DNA of 64,000 nucleotides from Caldilineales bacterium (lineage in GTDB: Bacteria; Chloroflexota; Anaerolineae; J102): assembly GCA_019695115.1 (NCBI GenBank), contig JAIBAP010000017.1, positions 8,416-72,415 on the forward strand, given 5' to 3'. A model generated the notes under the pieces. The model was not told the origin of the DNA. It saw only the letters and a program-made list of their open reading frames with translations, and ran no database searches. The translations under genes and the position numbers were made by a program. Shown in pieces: positions 19,747 through 29,190 of this stretch (within the stretch, counting starts at the first letter, position 1; the number at the start of each line of letters is the position of its first letter).

Positions 19747-19842
19747 TGTTGCGTGTTCCGTGTTGCGTGTTGCGTAGAAACGTCCGCACGGAACACGCCC
19801 CACGAAACACGGAACACGCAACACGCAACACGCAACACGCCA
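19747..19842. repeat. Palindromic GTGTTCC / GGAACAC heptamer array
   Basis: gttgcgtgttccgtgttgcgtgttgcgt … acggaacacgccccacgaaacacggaacacgcaacacgcaacacgcaac. Confidence 0.65.
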
Positions 19843-19849
19843 AACCCCT

Positions 19850-21217
19850 ATGGAAATCGTCATGCCCCGATTGGGCCTCACCATGACCGAAGGCACGCTG
19901 ACCGAGTGGCTGAAGCGGCCGGGCGACCCCGTGACCACGGGCGAGGTGCTTTTTCTGTTCGAGAGCGAGAAGGCGACGATGGAGTACGAGGCGCCGGCGG
20001 ATGGCGTCATGGGCGAGCTCCTGGTGGTGGCGGGCGCGACCGTGCCTTGCGGGGTGGCGGTGGCGACCCTGCATGATCGGGCGGGGGCTGTCGCCAGCAT
20101 CGCTGCGATGGCGACCGCTCCATCCCTCCCGGCCCCCCCGCCCCACCCCCTCTCCCCGCCGGCGTCGTCGGTTCTGGCCACCCCTGCGGCCAAACGCCGG
20201 GCGCGCGAGCTGGGCGTGGACCTGGCAAGCCTGTCGGGGCGGGGGCCGAACGGCCGCGTGCAGGCGGCGGATGTGGAAGCGGCGACAGGTCAAACCCTAA
20301 AGGTCTTGGAGACCTTGAGGGTTTTGGAACGCGAGGTCACACCCATCGCCCGCAAGCTGGCCGCCGATCTGGGCCTCGATCTCGACCGGGTGCAGGGCAG
20401 CGGGCCGGAGGGGCGCATCGACCGGGCGGACGTGCTGGCAACGGCGCGGCGGATGCTGGCCGCGGGAACGCCCGCCGCCCTCACCCCCAGGCCGCCCGCC
20501 GCCCCCGCCCGCCCGACCTATGCCAGCCGCACCCCCCTGGCCGGCGTGCGCGCGGTCATCGCCCGCCGCATGAGCGAGAGCGCCTTCACCGCCCCCCATG
20601 TCACCCTCTTCTGCGAGACCGACGCCACGGCCCTGGTGGCAGCCCGGCAGCAGCTCAACGAGGAACTGGCCGGCGCCGCCAAGATCTCATACAACGCCTT
20701 CCTGGTGGCGCTGGTCGCCAGGGCGCTGCGCCAGCATCCGGGCCTGAACGCCTGCCTGGTCGAGGATGAAATCCGGGTCTACCAGGCGGTGAACATCGCC
20801 CTGGCGGTGGACACAAGCCGCGGCCTGCTGGCCCCCGTCATCCGTGACGCCGACCGGCTGGATCTGCTCGCCATCCAGCAGGCGGGGGACGAGTTGATCG
20901 CGCGGGCGCTGGCGGGCAAGAGTCTGCCTGACGATTTCAGCGGCGGCGGCTTCACCATCACCAATCTCGGCGCCTTCGATATCGACGGCTTCACGCCGAT
21001 CATCAACCAGCCGCAGGCCGCCATCCTGGGCGTGGGGCGGATCGCCTCGCGCCCGGTGGATGTGGGCGGGGCGGTGGGGCTGCGCCAGATGATGACGCTC
21101 AGCCTCAGCTTCGACCACCGTCTCGTCGATGGCGGCCCGGCGGCGCGCTTCTTGCAGCGGGTGAAGCAGTTGATCGAGCGGCCGGTTGTTTTGACGATGG
21201 CAACGACAGCACCGTGA
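19850..21217 (+). CDS. Dihydrolipoamide acyltransferase (E2 component of a 2-oxo acid dehydrogenase complex)
   Basis: N-terminal lipoyl domain (…FESEKATMEYEAP… with lipoyl-Lys). Peripheral subunit-binding domain. C-terminal catalytic domain with DHRLVDG. Confidence 0.85.
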   Translation: MEIVMPRLGLTMTEGTLTEWLKRPGDPVTTGEVLFLFESEKATMEYEAPADGVMGELLVVAGATVPCGVAVATLHDRAGAVASIAAMATAPSLPAPPPHPLSPPASSVLATPAAKRRARELGVDLASLSGRGPNGRVQAADVEAATGQTLKVLETLRVLEREVTPIARKLAADLGLDLDRVQGSGPEGRIDRADVLATARRMLAAGTPAALTPRPPAAPARPTYASRTPLAGVRAVIARRMSESAFTAPHVTLFCETDATALVAARQQLNEELAGAAKISYNAFLVALVARALRQHPGLNACLVEDEIRVYQAVNIALAVDTSRGLLAPVIRDADRLDLLAIQQAGDELIARALAGKSLPDDFSGGGFTITNLGAFDIDGFTPIINQPQAAILGVGRIASRPVDVGGAVGLRQMMTLSLSFDHRLVDGGPAARFLQRVKQLIERPVVLTMATTAP

Positions 21218-22590
21218 CTCTCCTCATCACCAACGGCTGCATCCTGACCATGAACCCGGCCGGCGACAGACACTGGCCGGGCTGGCTGCTCGTGGTTGGC
21301 GATCGCATCGCCGCTCTGGGCGCAGGAGAACCGTCGGCCGAGATGCAGGCGCAGGCCGGGCGACTGATCGACGCCTCGCACATGGCCGTGGTGCCGGGGC
21401 TGGTGAATGCCCACACCCACCTGGAGCAGACCTTCATGCGCGGGCTGGGCGATGATAAGCCGTTGTTGCAGTGGCTGAAACAGGTGATGTGGCCCTTGCA
21501 GGCGGCGATGACGCCCGACGATATGCGCCTGGCCGGCCTGCTGGGGTTGGTGGAGAATGTGCGCTGCGGCGCCACCTCGGTCAACCAGCATCACAAGCTG
21601 CCAGGGCCGGAATTTGCCGACGCCGCTCTCGACGCCGCCAAGACGGTGGGTCTGCGCTTCCAACTGGCGCGGGGGTGGGTGGATGCCGGCGGCGGGGCCG
21701 AGCGCCGGGATGACATCCTGGCCGAGATGGAGCGTTTGCACGGGCGCTGGCAGGGCGCCGGTGATGGCCGCATCACCATCAGCAACGGCCCCATGGCCCC
21801 CTGGCGCTGTTCGGACGAGACCATGCGACAGACGGTGGCTCAGGCCCGCGGCTGGGGCGCGGCCACGCACATCCATGTCGCCGAAACCCGGGATGAGATC
21901 GATCTCATGGTCGAGCGCACTGGCAGGCGGCACCTCGAATGGCTGGATTCGCTGGGTGCGCTGGGGCCAGACATCCAACTCGTACACTGCGTCCATGTCA
22001 GCCCGGCCGAGATCGACCTGATAGCTGACAGTGGCTCGGTCGTCGTCCACTGCCCCACCAGCAATATGTATCTGGCCTCGGGCATTGCACCGATCCCGGC
22101 GATGGTGCGGCGGGGCATCGCCGTGGCCCTCGGCACGGATGGTTCGGCCTCGCACAACTCGCAAGACCTGTTGGAGACGATGAAGACGGCCATCCTCCTG
22201 GCCAAGACCGGCAGCGCCGACCCCACCGCCCTCTCCACCCCTGACATCCTGCACATGGCTACAACCGCCGGGGCGCGGATCATGGGGTGCGGGGAGTGCG
22301 TCCTTCACTCCGTTCAGGATCTGGCCGGGCCTCGCCATGACATGGGACAGCTGGCGCCCGGCGGCAAGGCCGACCTCACCCTCGTCAACCTCAACCGGCC
22401 GCACATCCAGCCCGTACACCGGCCCGAAAGCGCCCTCGTCTACAACTGCAACGGCCCCGATGTCCACACCGTCATCGTCGATGGCCGCATCCTCCTCGAC
22501 GCCGGCCAGATGACCATGCTGGACGAAGCCTCGCTGCTGGAAGAATGCCGCCGCGCCGCCCGTCATCTACTGCATCGCGCCGGAATTTAG
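21214..22590 (+). CDS. Amidohydrolase-family deaminase (MtaD/SsnA/guanine-deaminase-like)
   Basis: Metal-ligand motifs VNAHTHLEQ, HVAE and GTDG. GTG start overlaps the E2 stop (GTGA). Confidence 0.8.
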   Translation: MTLLITNGCILTMNPAGDRHWPGWLLVVGDRIAALGAGEPSAEMQAQAGRLIDASHMAVVPGLVNAHTHLEQTFMRGLGDDKPLLQWLKQVMWPLQAAMTPDDMRLAGLLGLVENVRCGATSVNQHHKLPGPEFADAALDAAKTVGLRFQLARGWVDAGGGAERRDDILAEMERLHGRWQGAGDGRITISNGPMAPWRCSDETMRQTVAQARGWGAATHIHVAETRDEIDLMVERTGRRHLEWLDSLGALGPDIQLVHCVHVSPAEIDLIADSGSVVVHCPTSNMYLASGIAPIPAMVRRGIAVALGTDGSASHNSQDLLETMKTAILLAKTGSADPTALSTPDILHMATTAGARIMGCGECVLHSVQDLAGPRHDMGQLAPGGKADLTLVNLNRPHIQPVHRPESALVYNCNGPDVHTVIVDGRILLDAGQMTMLDEASLLEECRRAARHLLHRAGI

Positions 22591-22591
22591 T

Positions 22592-22657
22592 GATTGGAGA
22601 TTAGAGATTGGAGATTGGCGCCAATCTCCAATCTCTAATCTCCAATCTCCAATCTCC
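22592..22657. repeat. Perfect palindrome built from CTCCAAT/GATTGGAG heptamers
   Basis: gattggagattagagattggagattggcgccaatctccaatctctaatctccaatctcc. Confidence 0.7.
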
Positions 22658-22668
22658 ACCCCCACCCT

Positions 22669-23400
22669 ATGAACCTCACCAACCGCGTCACCCTCATCAC
22701 CGGCGCCGCCCAGCGGGTAGGCCGGGTGATCGCCCTCACCCTGGCCGGGCGCGGCGCCCACATCGCCTTCACCTATCTCGATGACTCCGAGCCGTGGCGC
22801 CAGACCCTGGCCGAGATCGAGGCCGCGGGCGTGGGCGCTATGGCCCTGCCGCTGAACGTTTTGCACCCGGAGCAGCCCCAGGCGGTGGTGGATGAGGTGG
22901 TCGCCCACTTTGGCCGCCTGGATGTGCTGGTCAACAACGCCTCGGTCTGGCTCACGGCCCCGTTTAGCTCCATCAGCTATCAAGCCTGGCGCACGGCCAT
23001 CGATGTGAACCTGACCGGGCCATTTTTGTGCAGCCAGGCTGCGGCCCGCCCCATGCAGGCCCAGGGCGAAGGCGTCATCCTCAACCTCACCGACCTCTCC
23101 GCCTTCCAGACCTGGCCGGGCTACGCCCATCATGCCGCCAGCAAAGCAGGATTGGTCGCGCTGACGCGAGTAATGGCCGCAGAACTGGCCCCGACCATCC
23201 GCGTCAACGCCATCGCCCCCGGCACCGTCCTGCTCCCGCCCAATGCCTCGGACGAGAAGCGGCGCTGGGCCGAGCAGAACTCGCTGCTCAAGCGCGTCGG
23301 TTCGCCCGAGGATGTGGCCCGGACGGTGGTCTTTTTGATCGAGATGGACTTTGCCACCGGGGCCGTCTATTTCATGGACGGCGGGCGGGCGCTGGTTTGA
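22669..23400 (+). CDS. SDR-family short-chain dehydrogenase/reductase
   Basis: TGAAQRVG cofactor motif, NNAS, and catalytic YxxxK (YAHHAASK). Confidence 0.85.
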   Translation: MNLTNRVTLITGAAQRVGRVIALTLAGRGAHIAFTYLDDSEPWRQTLAEIEAAGVGAMALPLNVLHPEQPQAVVDEVVAHFGRLDVLVNNASVWLTAPFSSISYQAWRTAIDVNLTGPFLCSQAAARPMQAQGEGVILNLTDLSAFQTWPGYAHHAASKAGLVALTRVMAAELAPTIRVNAIAPGTVLLPPNASDEKRRWAEQNSLLKRVGSPEDVARTVVFLIEMDFATGAVYFMDGGRALV

Positions 23401-23414
23401 AGGAGCGAACGCCT

Positions 23415-23702
23415 ATGCACATCATCGAACTCCTGCGCATTCGCTGCCACCCCGGCCGCCGCGCTGACTTCCTGGACAGGGATGCGGCGGTGTGGACGCC
23501 CGCCCTGGCCCGACATCGCGGCTTTCTGGGCAAAGAGGTCTGGCCCAGCCGCGAAGACCCCGATCAAGTCCTTCTGGTGGTGCGATGGGCGTCGATGGAG
23601 AGCTTTCAATCCTTCCCGATGGATCGCTGCGCCGAGTTGTCGGCGATGATGGACGACGTGCAGGCCGACATCAGGTGTGAAGTCTACGAAACGGCAGATT
23701 GA
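23415..23702 (+). CDS. Small ABM/Dabb-like (stress-responsive alpha-beta barrel) protein
   Basis: 95 aa, ATG 23415. Pattern resembles antibiotic-biosynthesis-monooxygenase-like small proteins. The family assignment is tentative. Confidence 0.4.
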   Translation: MHIIELLRIRCHPGRRADFLDRDAAVWTPALARHRGFLGKEVWPSREDPDQVLLVVRWASMESFQSFPMDRCAELSAMMDDVQADIRCEVYETAD

Positions 23703-23793
23703 CCAGCCGCGGGAAGCCTCTGCCCCCTGCACTTGCCGGTGCGGGCGCGGTAACCACGGTCTGGCGCTGGCGTCGCCGGATTGTCGTCGGCGC

Positions 23794-24606
23794 TCAGGGC
23801 AAAGCCGCCAGCGCCTGTTCCCAGTTGCGCTTCATCCCATCCTGCACCAACAACACCGCCGACTCGCGCGCCGCCCTTTCGCCACCATCCGTCACCTCCT
23901 CCCCTGCCACCACTGGCAACGTCCGATAGCCGGCCTTGTTCAGAAGCCCGGCCCGTCTTCTGGCCCGTTCGACATCATTGGCATCGATGACAGACGAAAC
24001 CTCGACCGCCAGATACAGTTCCAGGGCTTCGTCGGCGCGACGAAGTTGCCCCCGCACCAGCAAATCCAGCGGCACGAGATACTGCATCTCCGCCTCGGTC
24101 AACCGCTGTTCCAGGTCAGCTTCCAGGTCCTGCAACGGCACCACGCGCGTCTTGCGCAAGAGTGAGCCAAAGTAGGCGAAGGCTTTGTCGCGGTACTCCA
24201 TCTCCAGTAGTTTGCCCGTGTTCTTGCCGACCCGAATCACCAGCTTCTCGACCGTGGCTTCGGTGCGCTTCTGCGCCTCGGCCAACTCAAGCACCACCAT
24301 TTCCAGACGGTCCAGGCGCTGCTCGGTGCGCTTCTGCGCCTCGGCCAATTCCTCCAGGCGTTGCTCAGTGCGCTTCTGCGCCTCGGCCAGTTCATGAACC
24401 ACCATTTCCAGGCGGTCCAGGCGCTGCTCGCTGCGCTTCTGCGCCTCGGCCAGATCCCGTATGGCCTTCCACACGGCGTTGATATCTTCTCGTCTCACCG
24501 CCAACTCGGCGCGCATACTTTCCCGGATCGCTTCAGCGAACTCCAGCATAGGCATTTGCAGATCTTGGGGCAGCTTGCGAACGGCAGCGGCGTAACTCAT
24601 ATTCAC
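23794..24606 (-). CDS. DUF3782-like protein with N-terminal coiled-coil repeat array ([13 protein letters not shown] x4)
   Basis: Visible tandem DNA repeats at 24280-24470 encode the heptad array. The C-terminal region …[26 protein letters not shown]… is PD-(D/E)xK-like. Confidence 0.5.
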   Translation of the reverse strand: MNMSYAAAVRKLPQDLQMPMLEFAEAIRESMRAELAVRREDINAVWKAIRDLAEAQKRSEQRLDRLEMVVHELAEAQKRTEQRLEELAEAQKRTEQRLDRLEMVVLELAEAQKRTEATVEKLVIRVGKNTGKLLEMEYRDKAFAYFGSLLRKTRVVPLQDLEADLEQRLTEAEMQYLVPLDLLVRGQLRRADEALELYLAVEVSSVIDANDVERARRRAGLLNKAGYRTLPVVAGEEVTDGGERAARESAVLLVQDGMKRNWEQALAALP

Positions 24607-24676
24607 TCCGTGACGACATCAGTATAGCCGAATCCATGCCCATTGCCAAGCCCCACCGTCCCCCCCATCCACCTCC

Positions 24677-24712
24677 CGGAACCCGGAACCCGCAACACGG
24701 AACCCGAAACCC
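24677..24712. repeat. GGAACCC heptamer repeat
   Basis: ggaacccggaacccgcaacacggaacccgaaacccc in a divergent promoter region. Confidence 0.55.
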
Positions 24713-24713
24713 C

Positions 24714-26135
24714 ATGCCCCCCCACGACGCCATCATCGTCGGCTCCGGCCCCAACGGCCTGGCCGCGGCCATCGTCCTCGCCCAGGCCGGGCGCAAGGTG
24801 CTGGTGCTAGAGGCCGCCGACACGGTCGGCGGCGGCATGCGCTCGGCCGAGCTGACCCTGCCGGGCTTCACCCACGACATCTGCTCGGCCATCCATCCGC
24901 TGGGGATGGGGTCGCCCTTCCTCAAAACCTTGCCGCTGGCTGAATACGGCTTGCAGTGGATCCAGCCCGACCTGCCCCTGGCCCACCCGCTGGACGATGG
25001 TTCGGCTGTGGCCCTGGCGCAATCTCTGGACGAGACCGCCGCCTCTATCGGTCGCGATGGCCGGGCCTGGAAACGGCTGGTGGGGCCAGTGGCCGCCGAT
25101 TGGGAGCGGCTGGCGCCCATCATCCTCGGCCCGCTGCCGGCCCCCGGCCACGCCCTCACCCTCACCTCCTTTGGCCTGCGCGCCCTCTGGCCGGCGCGCC
25201 GGCTGGCGCAAACCGTCTTCCGAGAGCCGCGGGCGCGCGCCCTCTTCGCCGGCCTATCCGCCCACGCCATGATCCCGCTCGACGACGTACTCACCGCCTC
25301 GTTTGGGATCGTGCTGGGCATACTGGCCCATGCCGTCGGCTGGCCCCTGCCGCGCGGCGGCGCCCAGGCCATCCCCAATGCCCTGGCCGCCCACCTGCGC
25401 CATCTCGGCGGCGAGATCGAAACCGGCTGCGAGGTCAAGGCGCTGGCCGAGCTGCCGCCCAGCCGGGCCATCCTGCTCGACATCGCCCCCAAAGCCTTCC
25501 TGCGGTTGGCTGGCGACCGGCTGCCGCCCGGCTACCGCCGCCAACTCGAAGGCTATCGCTACGGCCCCGGCGTGTTCAAGACCGACTATGCCCTGTCTGG
25601 GCCTGTCCCCTGGCGGGCGGAAGAAGCCCGGCGCGCGGGCACCGTCCATCTGGGCGGGACGCTGCCCGAAATCGTCGCCTCTGAGCGAGCTGTGGCCCGC
25701 GGCCAGCACCCCGATGCTCCCTACGTGCTCATCAGCCAACAAAGCCTGTTCGATCCGAGCCGCGCCCCGGCCGGCTGCCACACCCTGTGGGCCTATTGCC
25801 ATGTGCCCAATGGCTCGACCATCGACCGAACCACCGCCATCGAAACCCAGATCGAACGCTTCGCCCCCGGCTTTCGCGACCTCATCCTGGCCCGGCACAC
25901 GCACAACACCGCCGAAATGGAAGCCTACAACCCCAACTATGTCGGCGGCGACATCAACAACGGCGTCCAGGACTTGCGGCAGCTGTGGACGCGTCCCACC
26001 CTGCAGCGCAACCCCTACACCACGCCGCTGCCGGGCGTCTTTCTCTGTTCATCAGCTACGCCGCCGGGGGGCGGGGTGCACGGGATGTGCGGCTATCATG
26101 CGGCGCAGGCGGCATTGCGCTGGCTGAAGGGATGA
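24714..26135 (+). CDS. NAD(P)/FAD-dependent oxidoreductase, phytoene-desaturase (CrtI)-like family
   Basis: N-terminal AIIVGSGPNGLAAAIVLAQAG…VLE. Size and C-terminal pattern of COG1233. Start at ATG 24714 (MPPHDAII). Confidence 0.8.
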   Translation: MPPHDAIIVGSGPNGLAAAIVLAQAGRKVLVLEAADTVGGGMRSAELTLPGFTHDICSAIHPLGMGSPFLKTLPLAEYGLQWIQPDLPLAHPLDDGSAVALAQSLDETAASIGRDGRAWKRLVGPVAADWERLAPIILGPLPAPGHALTLTSFGLRALWPARRLAQTVFREPRARALFAGLSAHAMIPLDDVLTASFGIVLGILAHAVGWPLPRGGAQAIPNALAAHLRHLGGEIETGCEVKALAELPPSRAILLDIAPKAFLRLAGDRLPPGYRRQLEGYRYGPGVFKTDYALSGPVPWRAEEARRAGTVHLGGTLPEIVASERAVARGQHPDAPYVLISQQSLFDPSRAPAGCHTLWAYCHVPNGSTIDRTTAIETQIERFAPGFRDLILARHTHNTAEMEAYNPNYVGGDINNGVQDLRQLWTRPTLQRNPYTTPLPGVFLCSSATPPGGGVHGMCGYHAAQAALRWLKG

Positions 26136-26171
26136 AGAGGCCCATCTCTGCCCCGCGCCCGGCCCGAAAAA

Positions 26172-26245
26172 ATACCCACGGCAGGATTTGAACCTGCGAC
26201 TTCTTGCTCCGGAGGCAAGCGCTCTATCCGCTGAGCTACGTGGGC
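26172..26245 (-). tRNA. tRNA-Arg (anticodon CCG)
   Basis: Minus-strand read GCCCACGTAGCTCAGCGGATAGAGCGCTTGCCTCCGGAGCAAGAAGTCGCAGGTTCAAATCCTGCCGTGGGTA gives a cloverleaf, T-loop GGTTCAAATCC, and anticodon loop CTCCGGA. Confidence 0.85.
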
Positions 26246-26349
26246 TGGCTGATCGGACGGGGTTCCACGGGCGGTCCCCGATAGCGCCGACTGTAGCACA
26301 GCCGCGGTGGGGTGTCAAGGAAGGCCGGGCCTGTGCTATCATTGCCGCC

Positions 26350-27876
26350 ATGAGCGACACCCCCGGCAGCGACAAAGTCATCCACTCCTTCGCCGACCGC
26401 CTGGCCCTGGATCAGGCCGTGCGGGCGCTGGCCGACGCCCCCAACAACTACGAACTGGAGCGTCGGGCGCAGGAGCTGGCCGCGAAGGGCGAAGCCGTCC
26501 TCAACTCCCTCGTCCGCTACCTCGACACCGCCGACCCCACCCTGCGCGGCGGCCTGGGCCTGCTGGCCAAACACCTCGGCCCCGACCACGCCATCCCCGC
26601 CCTGGTGCGCGCCGCCGCCGACCCCCGTCGCCCGCCCGAAGCCCGCTACACCGCCGTCATGATCCTGGAACGCTACCTGGATCATACCATCGACCACAAC
26701 CGCCTGCCCCCCCTGCCTCACCCCGACCAGGTGGCCCGCCGCAGCGCCGAACAGGCCCTGGCCCTGGCCGAAGACTCGCCCCTGGTGCTGGTCGAATATG
26801 CCACCCAACTCCTCGACGAGCCGCCGGAAGTCATCGAAGCCGTCATCGCCGTGCTCGGCAGCCTGGAAAGCCCCCAACGCGCCCGCCTGCTGATGACCGT
26901 CGCCTGCTACGCCCCCGCCGCCATCGCCGAGCAGACCCTCCCCCACCTCAACGCCATCCGCCACCCCGCCGCCCTGACCGCCTGCCGCACCCTCCGTCGC
27001 CTGGCCGCGCCCCCCCTCCGTCCTGCCTTCGACCGCCTGGCGCAGAAACTCCAGCTGGCGGGCGTCCGCACCGAGCCGCTCGGCCCCCTGCGCGCCCTCT
27101 GGTCGCCCATCAGCGCCCAGGGCCAGAGCATCCTCTGGCTGATGCGCAGCCATAGCGCCGCCGCCACCGGCAGCCTGCTGGCCCTGGGCCTGCACGATTC
27201 GCTCGGCATCACCCAACACCAGGCTGTGGCCGATGTCCCCCTCAGCGGCATGCCCATGCCCGCCCCCGTCGGCTTGGTCCACCGCCTGCGCATCCCCAAC
27301 AGCCACCAGATCGTCCGCCTGGCCGAGATCGACCCCGCCCTGGGCCTCGCCCTCGCCAACCAGGCGGTTGACGCCCACGCCCAGGCCACCCTGCCCTGGC
27401 CGCCCGAGATCGTCGTCTACGGCGAATGGCTGTGGAACGAGGACATCCGCCGCAACCCCGACTGGCCCCCCCTGCCCCCGCCCGCCGCCTCCGGCGATTT
27501 CGAGGCCCTGCTCAAGCATGTGGCCTTCGCCTCCTGGGCCTGGGACATCCCCGACCTGCCCTTCTTGCTGGCCGGCCAGCGCCAGGGGCCGGAAATCCGG
27601 CAGGGCGGCCCGGCCCACCGCGAGGTTGCCCGCCGCCTGGTGACGGGCGACGCCGCCCGTCTGCTGGCGCTGCGGCTGGAAACGCAGACCCGCTGGCTCG
27701 TCCTCAGCCATGACCTCGCCGCCGGACTGGCCGTGGCCGCTCGCCAGGCCATCATCGACGGCGACGCCGACCACCCCTTCGTCCTGGCCCTGGCCCTGCG
27801 CAGCCTGCTCACGGCTGCTGCCGACCGCGCCGCCCGGCAAGCGCTGCGCCTGGCGCCACCCGATCATCAGCCATGA
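26350..27876 (+). CDS. Hypothetical protein (alpha-helical, HEAT/PBS-lyase-like repeats possible)
   Basis: ATG 26350 (MSDTPGSDKV); the track ORF start at 26188 runs across the tRNA. Ala/Leu-rich helical repeats. No catalytic motif recognised. Confidence 0.5.
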   Translation: MSDTPGSDKVIHSFADRLALDQAVRALADAPNNYELERRAQELAAKGEAVLNSLVRYLDTADPTLRGGLGLLAKHLGPDHAIPALVRAAADPRRPPEARYTAVMILERYLDHTIDHNRLPPLPHPDQVARRSAEQALALAEDSPLVLVEYATQLLDEPPEVIEAVIAVLGSLESPQRARLLMTVACYAPAAIAEQTLPHLNAIRHPAALTACRTLRRLAAPPLRPAFDRLAQKLQLAGVRTEPLGPLRALWSPISAQGQSILWLMRSHSAAATGSLLALGLHDSLGITQHQAVADVPLSGMPMPAPVGLVHRLRIPNSHQIVRLAEIDPALGLALANQAVDAHAQATLPWPPEIVVYGEWLWNEDIRRNPDWPPLPPPAASGDFEALLKHVAFASWAWDIPDLPFLLAGQRQGPEIRQGGPAHREVARRLVTGDAARLLALRLETQTRWLVLSHDLAAGLAVAARQAIIDGDADHPFVLALALRSLLTAAADRAARQALRLAPPDHQP

Positions 27877-28964
27877 ACCCATCCCACCTCTACCCCGTCA
27901 TCCTGGCCGGCGGTGTGGGCAGCCGTCTGTGGCCCCGCAGCCGCCGCCGCACCCCCAAGCAATTCCTCGATCTGGCCGGGACCGGCCGCACCCTCTTGCA
28001 GGCCGCCTTCGACCGTATGGCGCCGCTCGTCCCTGCCGGGCAGGTCTACGTCGTCACCAACGCCGAATACGCGGGGACGGTGGCCGCGCAATTGCCCGAC
28101 CTGCCCGCGGCCAACATCCTGCGCGAGCCGGCCGCCCGCGGCTCCGCCGCCGCCATCGGCCTGGCCGCCATCCACCTCCAGGCCCGCGACCCCCAGGCAG
28201 TCATGGCCGTGCTCACGGCCGACCATCTCATCGCCGAGGACGAAACCCTACGCCAGATCCTGGTCGGGGCCGCCGAGCTTGCCCAGGAGGGCGTCCTCAT
28301 CACCCTGGGCATCCGGCCCACCTATGCCGAGACCGGCTACGGCTACATCGAGATGGGCGAGGGGCTGGGCGCCTTTGGCGGCCACCCCGCCCACCGGGTG
28401 ATCAGCTTCCGCGAGAAGCCCGACCAGGCCACGGCGGCCGCGTTTCTGGCTGCGGGCAACTATGCCTGGAACAGCGGCATGTTCGTCTGGCGCGTCGATG
28501 CCATCCTCTCCGAGTTCGAGCGCCAGCTCCCGCAACACCACCTGGCCCTCATCGGCCTGGCCGCCGCCCTGGGCGGAGAGGACGAGCCTGCCGCCTTCGA
28601 CCGCTTCTGGCTGCCGCTTCCCGGCAACATCAGCATCGACTACGGCATCATGGAAGGCGCTCGCGGCGTCGCCGTCTTCCCGGCCGACCTGGGCTGGAAC
28701 GACATCGGTTCGTGGGCGGCCCTGCTGGAAGTCCTGCCCAAAGACGAGGCCGGCAATGTGACGCATGGCCGTCACCTCGGCGTCGACAGTCGCAACGTCC
28801 TCGTCTACTCGCCCGACCGTCTGGTGGCCACCATCGGTCTGCAAGACATGGTCATCGTCGACGCCGGCGACGTCCTCCTCGTCATGCCCGCGGCCCGCGC
28901 CCAGGATGTGAAAGCCCTCCTCTCAGCCCTACGCGCCCGCGGATGGGATGAGGTGATGGAGTAG
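27873..28964 (+). CDS. manC: Mannose-1-phosphate guanylyltransferase (GDP-mannose pyrophosphorylase)
   Basis: N-terminal VILAGGVGSRLWP nucleotidyltransferase motif. Left-handed beta-helix C-terminal region. Confidence 0.85.
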   Translation: MNPSHLYPVILAGGVGSRLWPRSRRRTPKQFLDLAGTGRTLLQAAFDRMAPLVPAGQVYVVTNAEYAGTVAAQLPDLPAANILREPAARGSAAAIGLAAIHLQARDPQAVMAVLTADHLIAEDETLRQILVGAAELAQEGVLITLGIRPTYAETGYGYIEMGEGLGAFGGHPAHRVISFREKPDQATAAAFLAAGNYAWNSGMFVWRVDAILSEFERQLPQHHLALIGLAAALGGEDEPAAFDRFWLPLPGNISIDYGIMEGARGVAVFPADLGWNDIGSWAALLEVLPKDEAGNVTHGRHLGVDSRNVLVYSPDRLVATIGLQDMVIVDAGDVLLVMPAARAQDVKALLSALRARGWDEVME

Positions 28965-29190
28965 CAGGTGGCAAGTGGCAGGTGGCAGGTGGCAGGTGGC
29001 AAGTGGCAGGTGGCAAGTGGCAGGTGGCAAGTGGCAGGTGGCAAGTGGCAGGTCGCAGGTGGCAGGTGGCAGGTGGCAGGTCGCAGGTGGACGTTGACTG
29101 TTGATTGTTGATTGTTGACTGTTGATTGTTGCCCCCACTCCCTTCGGCAAACCCGCCAACCGCCCTTGTCTACTTGTCTACCTGTCTACC
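28964..29190. repeat. Long intergenic heptamer array (GGTGGCA/GGTCGCA then GTTGATT/GTTGACT then CTTGTCTAC)
   Basis: gcaggtggcaagtggcaggtggcagg…, then gttgactgttgattgttgattgttgactgttgattgttg, then cttgtctacttgtctacctgtctacc. Lies between convergent genes. Confidence 0.7.

Noticed and set aside
26188-27876. ORF start at 26188 for the hypothetical protein
   Set aside because: The 5' extension runs through the tRNA-Arg gene on the opposite strand. The first ATG after the tRNA (26350) was used instead.
28964-29190. Possible CRISPR array, considered because of regularly repeated short units
   Set aside because: Units are only 7-8 nt with no unique spacers. They are palindromic and belong to families dispersed at many loci. 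No cas genes are in the window.
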